Assembly (NCBI GenBank): GCA_963844575.1
Contig: CAWJOU010000005.1
Coordinates: forward strand, 767,556-831,555
Origin: an uncultured Actinomycetota bacterium
GTDB taxonomy: Bacteria > Actinomycetota > Acidimicrobiia > Acidimicrobiales > RAAP-2
DNA length: 64,000 nucleotides
Reading direction: 5' to 3'
Shown: positions 1-8,798 of the stretch, in pieces
How the letters are laid out: each line of letters begins with the position of its first letter
Numbering within the stretch: the stretch's first letter is position 1
The notes under the pieces: generated by a model
Told to the model about the DNA's origin: nothing
What the model saw: only the letters and a program-made list of their open reading frames with translations
Database searches by the model: none
Translations under genes and position numbers: made by a program

Positions 1-240
1 ATGGTGGCCCCGTCGAGCCACGACCCGGAGCATGGGCAGGCTGCAGGACATGTAGAGAGGGTCGGAGGTGACGACAGTCGGCAGGCGGCTCGTCAGCTTC
101 GGCAACTCCTCCCACTCGAGAACCGGGCCGAGTACGACCCGTCGCCCACCTCGGAAGCCGAGGCCCGAAGCGCCCACCGGGCGGCGGAGCGGATTGTCAC
201 CATCGCACGGCGGGTGGTCGGGCCGGCCCACAGCGACTAG
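1..240 (+). CDS. HEPN-domain-like protein, 3' fragment (5' end outside window)
   Basis: ORF enters from the window edge. The segment LLPLENRAEYD resembles the R-x(4-6)-H/Y HEPN motif. Similarity is weak. Confidence 0.3.
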   Translation: MVAPSSHDPEHGQAAGHVERVGGDDSRQAARQLRQLLPLENRAEYDPSPTSEAEARSAHRAAERIVTIARRVVGPAHSD

Positions 241-740
241 ACGTCGCTCCACGGAGAGCGTGCCGACAACCTCAATCTGGTAAACGTCCGGGTTGCGGAT
301 GCACTGGTGTAGTGCCAAGTGCGCCACAGTGATGTAAGCGGAACCTGTCGACGTCCTGACATCGGACACCGGGTTGCGGCAATGGTCCGCGTCATGACGC
401 AGTAGTCCGCGTCGGCGGACGGAACCGCCCTACTCGCTCGGCGGGTCGGGATCCCACGCCGGTAGCGCCTGACCCCCTGTGGGCAGCCCTTGCCATCGAC
501 TCCGCGTCGCGTCGCGCCATCTCACGGCAAAGGAAAACCGTCAGCGGCGCCACCGCTGAAGAGCACTCTCACACTTCTTGCAGAAAAGGACCGATTTTCC
601 GTCGGGCCACGTTGATCTTCTATTTCGCCTCGACAATTGATTGTCTGATGGCGATGTGAGGAGGGTCCAGTCGCCGCATCTGTCTGGCCCGTTCCAATAG
701 GAAATCAAGAAATCCGCAGGACGGGCATGGTGTCAACGAA

Positions 741-1709
741 TTGGGTGTCGAGATGACGACGACGAGTACGGGAAGACTGCCTCGGGGATACGAAGAATCG
801 TCTGAGACCATCCAACTGAAATCGGTGATGGAGAGGACGACATCGGTCAAGTCCGTCAGCCTGTTGGTCGTCGACCAGTTCCTCGTGCTCGCGTCGTGCA
901 TCGGTCTCGCGTACCTCTGGCTCGACGACCGGGTGTACGCGCTGGTGTTCGCGGTGCCGCTGCTCCTCGTCATCGCTCGGAGCCTTCGGGCGACCGAGAT
1001 GCTGACGCACGAGGCGTCGCACCACAACCTCTGTCGGAAGTCGGCCGCCGTCAACGACGGTCTGGCCAACGTCCTGGCGGCCATACCGGTCGGATCGACT
1101 GTCGCCCGGTACCGGGCGTCGCACCTGGTGAACCACCACGGCAAATTCGCCAGCGACCGCGATCCCTGCCTCGAGCGGTTCGTCACAGCGAGCTTCGCCG
1201 AGCTCCCGCTCGACCGCGGCTATGGCGCGTTCGCCCTGGCGGTCGCGACCCGGCTCCCGCGGTACTCGGTCAACTGGTGGAAGGGCGTCGGGTCGGACAA
1301 GCGGAACCTGCTCTTCACGATCCTGTGGCACGCCGTCGTCTGGGCGTCGATCGGCTTGGTCATCGGATGGCCGGTGACGATAGTGGCGTTGTTGACGTGG
1401 CTCCTGGCATTTTCGGCGCTGCTGCCGGCGATCAGATTGGTCGGCGAGAGCGAGGAGCACGACTATGCAGCCTCTAGTGAGTTCTACGGAACCTATTCGT
1501 CCCTCGGTCGTCTCCAACGAGTCGTGTTCCATCCCCACGGTGATGGTTACCATGCGGAGCACCACCGTTACCCGAGAGTGCCCCATCACAACCTCCGCCA
1601 GACGCGGCGGCAGCTGCTCGACCTCGACCAGTCGTGGCAGCTGGCTCCCGTCCGATACCGCGTCGTGACGTACACCCGTCCCGCCGGACAGGCGGTCGTC
1701 TCGGTCTAG
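741..1709 (+). CDS. membrane fatty acid desaturase family protein
   Basis: Three histidine boxes (HEASHH, HLVNHH, HAEHHRYP) plus hydrophobic segments. Confidence 0.8.
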   Translation: MGVEMTTTSTGRLPRGYEESSETIQLKSVMERTTSVKSVSLLVVDQFLVLASCIGLAYLWLDDRVYALVFAVPLLLVIARSLRATEMLTHEASHHNLCRKSAAVNDGLANVLAAIPVGSTVARYRASHLVNHHGKFASDRDPCLERFVTASFAELPLDRGYGAFALAVATRLPRYSVNWWKGVGSDKRNLLFTILWHAVVWASIGLVIGWPVTIVALLTWLLAFSALLPAIRLVGESEEHDYAASSEFYGTYSSLGRLQRVVFHPHGDGYHAEHHRYPRVPHHNLRQTRRQLLDLDQSWQLAPVRYRVVTYTRPAGQAVVSV

Positions 1710-1749
1710 GATTTCGACCTATCAGGGTCGGAACGGATACGGGGGGACC

Positions 1750-2457
1750 ATGCATGCCGAGGCGTCGTACCCGGTGTCGGTAACCATCGACGACGCGGTG
1801 CGGGAGCGGCATCCCGACGTCCGGGTCCGTGGCTTTGCTGTCGCCGGCCTCTTGGCCGCCCCGCCCCGCCTCGACATCCCGTCGCCGGCGGACGTCGCCC
1901 AGGCGGCCGCCGCCCGATTTCCGCCGGGAGCCGAGATCATCGAGGACCCGATCCTCCGGGGCTGGCGGGAAGCGTTCCGCCAGTCCGGTCTCCGGCCGTC
2001 CCGCTACCGCTCGAGCGTCGAGGCCCTTGTCCGCCGGGTCGTGCGGGGCGAGGACGTCCTCACCGCGACACCGGTCGTCCGGCTGTACTGTGCCCTGTCC
2101 GTCATCCACGTCAGCCCGCTCGGCGCGTACGACCTCGACCGTCTCGGCCCCGACCCGATCGAGCTCCGTTTCGCCCGTCCGGCGTCGGATCATTTCGAAC
2201 CGATCGGCGGCGACGCCTCGGACATGCCGCTCCGGCCGGACGTCGCCGTCTACGCGGTCGGCGACCGTGTCGTCTGCTACTCGTACAACTACCGCGACGC
2301 CAAAGGGCCGTCGGTGGACGAGCAGACCGACCGAGCGCTCTTCCTCGGCGAGGCGGTAACTGCGGCGCAGCACGACGCGCTCGACCGGGCGTTGGACGAT
2401 CTCGGTCGTCGACTGCTCGACGCCGGGGCATCGACGATCGCTGACGTCACCGCGTAA
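1750..2457 (+). CDS. B3/B4 tRNA-binding-domain-like protein
   Basis: 235-aa ORF. The pattern ...WREAFRQSGLRPSRYRSSVEALVRRV...LYCALSV...GAYDLDRL... is typical of B3/4 domain proteins. Confidence 0.65.
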   Translation: MHAEASYPVSVTIDDAVRERHPDVRVRGFAVAGLLAAPPRLDIPSPADVAQAAAARFPPGAEIIEDPILRGWREAFRQSGLRPSRYRSSVEALVRRVVRGEDVLTATPVVRLYCALSVIHVSPLGAYDLDRLGPDPIELRFARPASDHFEPIGGDASDMPLRPDVAVYAVGDRVVCYSYNYRDAKGPSVDEQTDRALFLGEAVTAAQHDALDRALDDLGRRLLDAGASTIADVTA

Positions 2458-3219
2458 CTATCCGGGCTGCTCGGGCACGCCGAGCTGGTAGCCGCTCCGG
2501 GCCGAGAACTCCGCCACCAGGCTGAACCGGTCGCCCCGGACGACCGTATGGCGCCACTCGACCGGCTGCGCTCCGGCGTAGCTCAACCGGTCGATGGCGA
2601 GCACCGCGACGTCGGAAGCGAGACCGAGCAGCTCCCGGTCGCCGGCGTCCGGCAGGACGGCGCGGATGAGCTCGCGGCCGCCCGTCAGCGCCACCCCGGT
2701 CCGGGCGAGCAGCTCCTGGTAGAAGCCGGTATGGCGGAAATCGACGTCGAGCAGCGCCGCGCCGTGCTCCGCCGGTACCCACACCCGGTCGACCGCCAGC
2801 GGTTCGCCACCGGCGATCCGCAGCCGTTCGAGGTGGAAGAGCGGTTCGTCCGCCGGCCGTTCGAGCCGGTCCGCGGCCTCCGTGTCGGCCCGGATGTCGT
2901 GCACCCGGACGACGCTCCGCTGCTCCTGGCCGGACGCCTCGACCGACGCGAACAGGCTGTACAGCGCGCCCAATGGCTGCTCGATCTCCGTTTCGGAGGC
3001 CAATCGCGGCTTGCGGCCCCGGCCGGCGACGACGACGCCGTCGGCCCGGAGGCGCCGCATCGCCTCGCGCACCGTGTTGCGGCTGACGCCGTACTGCTCG
3101 ACCAGCGCCATCTCGCCGGGGAACTCGTCCGCGAACTCACCGCTGGCCAGCCGGCGCCGCAGGTCGTCGTCGAGCTGCGCCCAGAGCGGTACCGGGCTCT
3201 GCCGGTCGACGGCCTTCAT
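2458..3219 (-). CDS. GntR family transcriptional regulator (HutC/UTRA type)
   Basis: N-terminal winged HTH (LPGEMALVEQYGVSRNTVREAMRRL) followed by a UTRA-like C-terminal domain. Divergent from the MFS gene. Confidence 0.85.
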   Translation of the reverse strand: MKAVDRQSPVPLWAQLDDDLRRRLASGEFADEFPGEMALVEQYGVSRNTVREAMRRLRADGVVVAGRGRKPRLASETEIEQPLGALYSLFASVEASGQEQRSVVRVHDIRADTEAADRLERPADEPLFHLERLRIAGGEPLAVDRVWVPAEHGAALLDVDFRHTGFYQELLARTGVALTGGRELIRAVLPDAGDRELLGLASDVAVLAIDRLSYAGAQPVEWRHTVVRGDRFSLVAEFSARSGYQLGVPEQPG

Positions 3220-3300
3220 CTCCTACCGCCGTGGTATAAATGTACTGACATTGGTATTTATCCTCACCGGCCAACGAGAACAGGCGCCCGAGAGCACGCA

Positions 3301-4875
3301 ATGGACCAGGTTACGGCGGTTGCCGTAGAGAAGGCTGAGCAGGACGACCGGCCGGATCATCGGGCCGGCCCGGACGCGGATGGCCTCGGTCCGGCCGCCC
3401 CGGCCGCCTCGACCGCCCCGGACGACGCGGTCGGCTGGCGGCGTCTGCTCGTCGAGCCGCGCCGGCCACCGGCGATCGTCGCCCGCCCCAACGCCTGCTG
3501 GCTCGTCCTCGCGACGGTCTGCATCGGCGCGTTCATGAGCCAGCTCGACGCCAGCATCGTGACGATGGCGTTCCCGACGCTCCAGCGGAGCTTCCACGCG
3601 TCGCTCGGCTCGGTGACGTGGGTCGGGCTGTCGTACCTGCTCGTCCTCGTCGGCCTGGTGACCGGGATCGGCCGGATGGCCGACATGGTCGGCCGGAAGC
3701 TGCTGTACACGTACGGCTTCGCGGTCTTCATCGTCGGTTCCGCGCTCTGCGGTCTGGCGCCGACGCTGCCGGCGCTCATCGGCTTCCGCATCCTCCAGGG
3801 CGTCGGTGCGGCAATGATCCAGGCGAACAGCGTCGCCATCGTCGTCCTCGCCCTGCCGAGGGAGAAGCTCGGCCGTGGCATCGGCATCCAGGGCGCCGCG
3901 CAGGCGCTCGGCCTCGCGCTCGGCCCGACGATCGGCGGCCTGCTCATCGGCCTCGGCGGCTGGCGGCTCATCTTCCTGATCAACGTCCCGGTCGGGATCG
4001 TCGGCTTGGCGATGGCCCGCTACCTCGTGCCCCGGAGCCGGGACCTCCAACCCCGAACGCCGTTCGACTGGTCCGGCCTGGCCCTGTTCGTCCCGGCCGT
4101 CGCGGCGGTGCTCTGCGCGGTCTCCTTCGGCAACGCCCTCGGCTGGGCCTCGCCGGCCATCGTCGGACTGTTCGCCGCCGCGGTCGCCGCCGGCGCCTTC
4201 TTCGTCCGTCGGGAGCGGCGGACGGCGTTCCCGATGCTCGACCTCTCGCTCTTCCGACGCATCCCGTTCACCGCTGGCATCGCCAGCGGGCTCCTCTCGT
4301 ACGTCGTCCTCTTCGGCACCCTCTTCGTCGTGCCGTTCTACCTGGAGCTCGGCCTCGGCCTCGGAGCCGCCAAGAGCGGGCTGCTGCTCGGCGTCATGCC
4401 CGTCGCCCTCGGGATCGCCGCCCCGCTGTCCGGCCGGCTGGCCGAACGGCTCGGTGCCCGGCCGCTGACCGTCGCCGGTATGGCCCTCGTCGCGGCGGCG
4501 ATGGCCGCGCTGGTCGCCTTCCACGGCGCGCCGGCGACGATCGCGGCCGAGCTGGCCGTGCTCGGCGTCGGTCTCGGGACGTTCACGCCGCCCAACAACG
4601 CGGCGATCATGGGCGGCATCCCCCGGCAGCAGTCCGGGCTGGCCAGCGGCGTGCTCAACACGACGCGTGGCCTGGGAACGGCGATGGGCCTGGCGTTCAC
4701 CAGCCTGGTCTTCGGCGCCGTCGCCGGTTCCGAGCACGCGCCGGCCGCGCTGGTCACCCATGGCTTCGCCGCCGCCGTCACCTTCCTCGGCCTCGTTGCC
4801 GTCGTGGCGCTCGTCCTCGCCGGGCTGCGCGGCAAGACCGCGCTCGACCTCGACTCGGTGCTGTCCGCCGAGTGA
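3301..4875 (+). CDS. MFS transporter, DHA2 (EmrB/QacA-like, 14-TM) family
   Basis: The real gene is the 3' part of track ORF 2548..4875. I place the start at ATG 3301. Motif GRMADMVGRKLLY and many TM segments. Confidence 0.85.
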   Translation: MDQVTAVAVEKAEQDDRPDHRAGPDADGLGPAAPAASTAPDDAVGWRRLLVEPRRPPAIVARPNACWLVLATVCIGAFMSQLDASIVTMAFPTLQRSFHASLGSVTWVGLSYLLVLVGLVTGIGRMADMVGRKLLYTYGFAVFIVGSALCGLAPTLPALIGFRILQGVGAAMIQANSVAIVVLALPREKLGRGIGIQGAAQALGLALGPTIGGLLIGLGGWRLIFLINVPVGIVGLAMARYLVPRSRDLQPRTPFDWSGLALFVPAVAAVLCAVSFGNALGWASPAIVGLFAAAVAAGAFFVRRERRTAFPMLDLSLFRRIPFTAGIASGLLSYVVLFGTLFVVPFYLELGLGLGAAKSGLLLGVMPVALGIAAPLSGRLAERLGARPLTVAGMALVAAAMAALVAFHGAPATIAAELAVLGVGLGTFTPPNNAAIMGGIPRQQSGLASGVLNTTRGLGTAMGLAFTSLVFGAVAGSEHAPAALVTHGFAAAVTFLGLVAVVALVLAGLRGKTALDLDSVLSAE

Positions 4876-4876
4876 G

Positions 4877-6205
4877 CTAGAGGCGGGTGAGCCGCCACAC
4901 GAGCGTCGGCCCCGTCCCGGCCGTCTTCGTCACCACCGTCGTGTGGTCGACGCCGTCGACGCCGGGCGCGGTCAGCGTCCCGACCGACTGGCCGGCCGCG
5001 ACGGTCCGCCCGGCCGGCGGGCGCAGGACGACGTGCGCGTCGATCCGGGTGCCGTTCTCGACCGTCCCGTGGACGGCGTCGGTCGTCACCACCGGGATCG
5101 GGTCCTTGCGCCACGGGGCCGTGACGTAGCCGACCGTCGTACCGGCCGGGACGACGGTCATCGTCTGGACGGTGCCCGGGACGGCGTCGGCCAGCGCCTT
5201 GCCGGCGGCCAGCGCCGGCTCGACGAGCCCTGTCGCGTCGGCCGGGATGCCGAGGACGACGCCGTAGACGGTCTGTGTCGTGCCGGCCACTGACCGCGTC
5301 GCGGCGAACGCCCAGCAGCCCAGGGCGGCCGCGTCGGAACCGGTCTTGACGCCGATGATCCCGTCGTGGCCGACGTCGTAGTCGTAGTTCTGGATCGTCC
5401 CGCCGACCGGGAACGTGGCCGCCGGCATGGCGACGATGGTGCCGAACGCCGGGATGGCCATCGCCGTCCGGTTGATGATCAGCTGGTCGCTGGCGGTGCT
5501 GACCGTCGATGTGGCGAGCCCGGCCGGGTCGGTGTACGTCGTGTGGTCCATGCCGAGCGTGCGGGCCGTGGTGTTCATCTTCGTGACGAACGCCGCGGTG
5601 CTTCCGGCGTCCCACTGGGCGAGGAGATCGGCGACGTTGTCGGCCGACGCGATCAGCAGTCCCTCGAGCGCCTGCTTCTCGGTAAGCGTCTCGCCGGCCG
5701 TCACCTGGAGGACCGAGTCCTGCTGCGCGGCTTCGCTGGCGTAGGCCGCGGCCTGGGCGGCTGTAAGGGTGATCGACGGCCCTGTTGTCGTCCCGTTCAG
5801 CGGGTGGTCCTCCAGGACGACGTAGGCCGTCATCATCTTGGCCAGGCTGGCGATCGGTACCGGTGCGGTCGAGCCGGAGATCCTCGGTTGCCCGGTCGCC
5901 CCCACGGCCACCACCGCCTCGCCGCTCGCCGGCCACGGCAGCGCGTTGCTGCCCGGCACCGCCACCGGTTGGGGCCCGCTGACCTCTGCCGACTGCCCGG
6001 GCGGCGATCGGACGATCTGGACGACCACGAGGGCCACCACGACGACGACGAGAACGGCGAGCGTCCAGGCGATCTTGCGCAACGGGTCGACCTCACCTTC
6101 GGCGTCGGTGCTCGGGGAACGTGCGGGGAGGGTACTTGGCCGATCGGGCCGGCGGGGCGCGGTGGGGGACGCGGTACGTTGGCCCCATGGACGACGAGCG
6201 AGCAC
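4877..6205 (-). CDS. D-alanyl-D-alanine carboxypeptidase (peptidase S11, PBP5-like)
   Basis: SxxK motif (ASLAKMM), N-terminal membrane anchor, S11-like body. Start is uncertain: GTG 6205 overlaps the divergent dksA-like gene, and TTG 6082 is an alternative. Confidence 0.8.
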   Translation of the reverse strand: MLARRPWGQRTASPTAPRRPDRPSTLPARSPSTDAEGEVDPLRKIAWTLAVLVVVVVALVVVQIVRSPPGQSAEVSGPQPVAVPGSNALPWPASGEAVVAVGATGQPRISGSTAPVPIASLAKMMTAYVVLEDHPLNGTTTGPSITLTAAQAAAYASEAAQQDSVLQVTAGETLTEKQALEGLLIASADNVADLLAQWDAGSTAAFVTKMNTTARTLGMDHTTYTDPAGLATSTVSTASDQLIINRTAMAIPAFGTIVAMPAATFPVGGTIQNYDYDVGHDGIIGVKTGSDAAALGCWAFAATRSVAGTTQTVYGVVLGIPADATGLVEPALAAGKALADAVPGTVQTMTVVPAGTTVGYVTAPWRKDPIPVVTTDAVHGTVENGTRIDAHVVLRPPAGRTVAAGQSVGTLTAPGVDGVDHTTVVTKTAGTGPTLVWRLTRL

Positions 6206-6534
6206 GGACGCGGTTGCAGGCCGAGCGGGCCCGGGTGGAAGCCCTGCTGGCCGACACCACCGCCGCCGGGAGCGACGATCGGGCCACGGCCAACGAAGGC
6301 GGCGACATGGCCGATCCGGCTGAGCGGCTCACTGCCGAAGAGGGTGACGACGCTGTTGCGGCCGGCCTGCGGGACCGGCTTGAGGCAATTGAGCGCGCCG
6401 AGCGCCGCCTCGCCGACGGTACGTACGGCCGCTCCGTGCGGAGCGGCGAGCCGATCCCCGACGACCGGCTGGACGCCGACCCGGCGGCCGAGTTGACCGT
6501 CGAAGAGGCCCAGACCGAAGTCGGCACCGGCTAG
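6187..6534 (+). CDS. DksA/TraR family protein lacking the zinc-finger cysteines
   Basis: C-terminal GTYGRSVRSGEPIPDDRLDADPAAELTVEEA aligns with the GxYGxCxxCGxxIxxxRLxAxPxAxxCxxC signature, but no Cys is present. Start taken at ATG 6187 within track ORF 6121..6534. Confidence 0.7.
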   Translation: MDDERARTRLQAERARVEALLADTTAAGSDDRATANEGGDMADPAERLTAEEGDDAVAAGLRDRLEAIERAERRLADGTYGRSVRSGEPIPDDRLDADPAAELTVEEAQTEVGTG

Positions 6535-6543
6535 TCGACGGCT

Positions 6544-7239
6544 CTAAGGATCGACGGCCGACACGCCGCCTCGATTCTCACCCTCATGAGGGCGTCGGAA
6601 GGAGAGCCGGCCGCGCCGCTCCCGAGCGATTACCAAGCCGGCTTTAGCCGTCACCAGGACGAGCGTCCCCGAGACCAGGACGAGGATGAGCCCTACGGCG
6701 TCGACCGCGGCGGGCGAGTCGAGCGTGAAGAGACGAACGGCGACGACGATTTCCACCACGACGGTGAGCACCTGAGCGAACTGGAGCACGGTCTCGGCCG
6801 ATCGTTGGACGCTAAACAGTTGCGAGCCCAACGCGGCCGACGGCAGCGTTCTCACACTCAGCTTGCTCGGGTCCAGGTGGAGCTCGGTCCGGACCTGGTC
6901 GCGTCGAAGGTCGTAGAGGGCGAGGACGGCGCCCATCTTGACGATCGAGACGTAGAGGAACCGGGCGAGCTCGCCGTAGACGACGAGAAAGACGAGGATA
7001 AGCAGGAGCGTGCCGCCATGCGCCGTCGCGTCACTGCGCGCGGCCGGTATTCCGGCGCCGATGGCGGCAAGGGTGACCGTGAAGAAGAACCCTAGGTACT
7101 GACTGCGGGTGCTCTCCAGGTGGCGGTAGTGCGCCCAAGTCTCGTCGAACTCCCGTAGCAGAAGCTGTTCCGACACGTTGGAGCTACGCTCGTCCGTCGT
7201 GTCATGGTCCGGCCGCTCTGACCGGTCCTCGGTGCGCAT
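6544..7239 (-). CDS. hypothetical membrane protein (about 4 TM)
   Basis: 231-aa ORF with a charged N-terminus and four hydrophobic stretches. I recognise no family. Confidence 0.5.
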   Translation of the reverse strand: MRTEDRSERPDHDTTDERSSNVSEQLLLREFDETWAHYRHLESTRSQYLGFFFTVTLAAIGAGIPAARSDATAHGGTLLLILVFLVVYGELARFLYVSIVKMGAVLALYDLRRDQVRTELHLDPSKLSVRTLPSAALGSQLFSVQRSAETVLQFAQVLTVVVEIVVAVRLFTLDSPAAVDAVGLILVLVSGTLVLVTAKAGLVIARERRGRLSFRRPHEGENRGGVSAVDP

Positions 7240-7308
7240 ACCAAGATCATCGCATCGTCGCCTGCCGACCGCCCGCCACTGCTAAATCGGTTCCCCGGTT
7301 GGGTCCCC

Positions 7309-7318
7309 AGGCTAGACG
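7309..7318. repeat. target-site duplication of the IS4-family element (AGGCTAGACG), left copy
   Basis: The identical 10-mer recurs at 8789..8798, directly abutting both IS4 terminal inverted repeats. Confidence 0.65.
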
Positions 7319-8788
7319 CAATACCCATAAATTAGGGTGAGGCACCGAGGACCCGCACCGCATCGGCGGCCCGCACGGTCGGCTGGGGCCAGGTGCGGTG
7401 CTCGGACCGCTTGAGGCCGTAGTTCGACATCTTCTTCCTCACCACGCGCGCCGCGGCCCGTAGCCGCCGGTCGCGTACGAGCTCTCGACAGATCTCGGTG
7501 AGCGTCATCGGCAGCGCTGCGGTGAGGGCTCCGCTGGCAGTTCCCAGTCCAGCGCGGGCACTGCGACGGGCCGCGTGGAGCGTGCGGGTGAAGCTGATCC
7601 GGTCCGGGTCCACGCCGGCATCGGTGGCGGCGTTGGCCATCAGCGCCCGGACGGCGTAGTGGGTGCACAGGTAGCCCCACGCCTCTTGGCGCACGCCGTC
7701 GGGCGTCTTTGACCTGAGTACGACCGCCGAGCCCCGCTGATGGCTCTTCAGCTCGTCGAACACGCTCTCGATCTCCCACCGCTCGGCATAGCGGGCGGCG
7801 AGCTCGGCCGCCGGAGCCTCGGCCGGGTCGAGGACCGTCGTCACCAGCCGGTAGGTGATCCCCGTGGCGCTCGGGCGTCCCGGGTCGGCGATCTGGTACT
7901 CGATCACCCGGACCGGGGTCACGTGCGCCCGGTCCCGCCGGTCCGTCGCCTCGACCAGCTCGGAGCGGAACGAGCCGTCAGCGAATCGCTCAAGCACGGG
8001 CAGCGTGGCGTTCTTCTTCGCTCGCCAGCACAGGTCGGCGCCGCTTGCCGCAAAGGCCGAGAACAGCTCATAGCTCCCGCCGAAGCCCCGGTCGGCGAGG
8101 ACGAGCATGCCCTCGGCGCACGAGCTCGCCAGCTGGCGGGCGAGGGTGTTCTCCCCGGTTCCATAGGGAGCCATCGCCGCCGCGAACATGGCGTGCGTGG
8201 CGCACTCGGCGAGGGCGACGAGCCGGAGCTTGGGGAACGCCGCGCCCTCGCCGCGCCCCGAGCCCGGCCGGCCGAAGGCGTCGGCGTTCTCTGGGCTGTC
8301 GGGCACGTCGAGGGTCGTGCCGTCCATCGCCACCAGGCGACGACCGGCCAGGAACGCCCCTGGGGTCTCCTCGGTGGCGAGGGGCACACAGGCCCGCCCG
8401 AACAGCTCGGCGAGGGGTTCTGGGCCGAGCCGAGCCCGGGCCTGGGTGATCGCCGGCTGGGAGGGGACGGTCCAACGCGTCTTCCAGCCGCTCTCCCACG
8501 AAAGACCCTCGACCAGGCTGCGCATCACCTCCTCGTAGCCCGAATGGCTGAACAGCGCGAGACCGAGCACGTAGTAGACGACGAGGCGCGCCGGGAGCAG
8601 GCGGCTCCGTCGTTCGGCCTTGCCCGTCGCCTCGATCGCCGCGTCGACGAGCGCCGGTGGGAACGTCCTCGTGAGCACGCCGAGCGCGACATGGTCCGAG
8701 AGGCGCTGGTCATCGGTCGGCTTGACCCATCCGGCCCGAGGCATCCCGACCAGAATACCACGGGTGTAACTCTAACTTATGGGTATTG
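7319..8788 (-). mobile_element. IS4-family insertion sequence (1470 bp)
   Basis: Imperfect terminal inverted repeats: CAATACCCATAAATTAGGGT at 7319..7338, versus the reverse complement of 8769..8788 (CAATACCCATAAGTTAGAGT). Single DDE transposase ORF, flanked by 10-bp direct repeats. Confidence 0.85.
7332..8744 (-). CDS. IS4 family DDE transposase
   Basis: Candidate DDE residues in VAMDGTTLD, LVLADRGFG and the Y-x2-R-x3-E-x6-K signature (YAERWEIESVFDELK). N-terminal IS4-type domain. Confidence 0.9.
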   Translation of the reverse strand: MPRAGWVKPTDDQRLSDHVALGVLTRTFPPALVDAAIEATGKAERRSRLLPARLVVYYVLGLALFSHSGYEEVMRSLVEGLSWESGWKTRWTVPSQPAITQARARLGPEPLAELFGRACVPLATEETPGAFLAGRRLVAMDGTTLDVPDSPENADAFGRPGSGRGEGAAFPKLRLVALAECATHAMFAAAMAPYGTGENTLARQLASSCAEGMLVLADRGFGGSYELFSAFAASGADLCWRAKKNATLPVLERFADGSFRSELVEATDRRDRAHVTPVRVIEYQIADPGRPSATGITYRLVTTVLDPAEAPAAELAARYAERWEIESVFDELKSHQRGSAVVLRSKTPDGVRQEAWGYLCTHYAVRALMANAATDAGVDPDRISFTRTLHAARRSARAGLGTASGALTAALPMTLTEICRELVRDRRLRAAARVVRKKMSNYGLKRSEHRTWPQPTVRAADAVRVLGASP

Positions 8789-8798
8789 AGGCTAGACG
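8789..8798. repeat. target-site duplication of the IS4-family element, right copy (overlaps the IS982 left end)
   Basis: AGGCTAGACG, identical to 7309..7318. Its last 7 nt are the first 7 nt of the IS982 left inverted repeat. Confidence 0.65.

Noticed and set aside
241-740. A possible small ORF or antitoxin partner in the 500-bp lower-GC spacer after the HEPN-like fragment.
   Set aside because: The best candidate is a 52-codon minus-strand ORF with no motif and no convincing ribosome-binding site. The spacer is more likely the promoter region of the desaturase gene.
3223-5936. Long minus-strand ORFs (3223..4761, 4338..5936) and the plus-strand ORF 3618..4880, all overlapping the MFS and carboxypeptidase genes.
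   Set aside because: Their translations are Arg/Gly/Pro/Asp-rich low-complexity sequence typical of off-frame reading in high-GC DNA. The overlapping frames carry clear MFS and S11 peptidase motifs.
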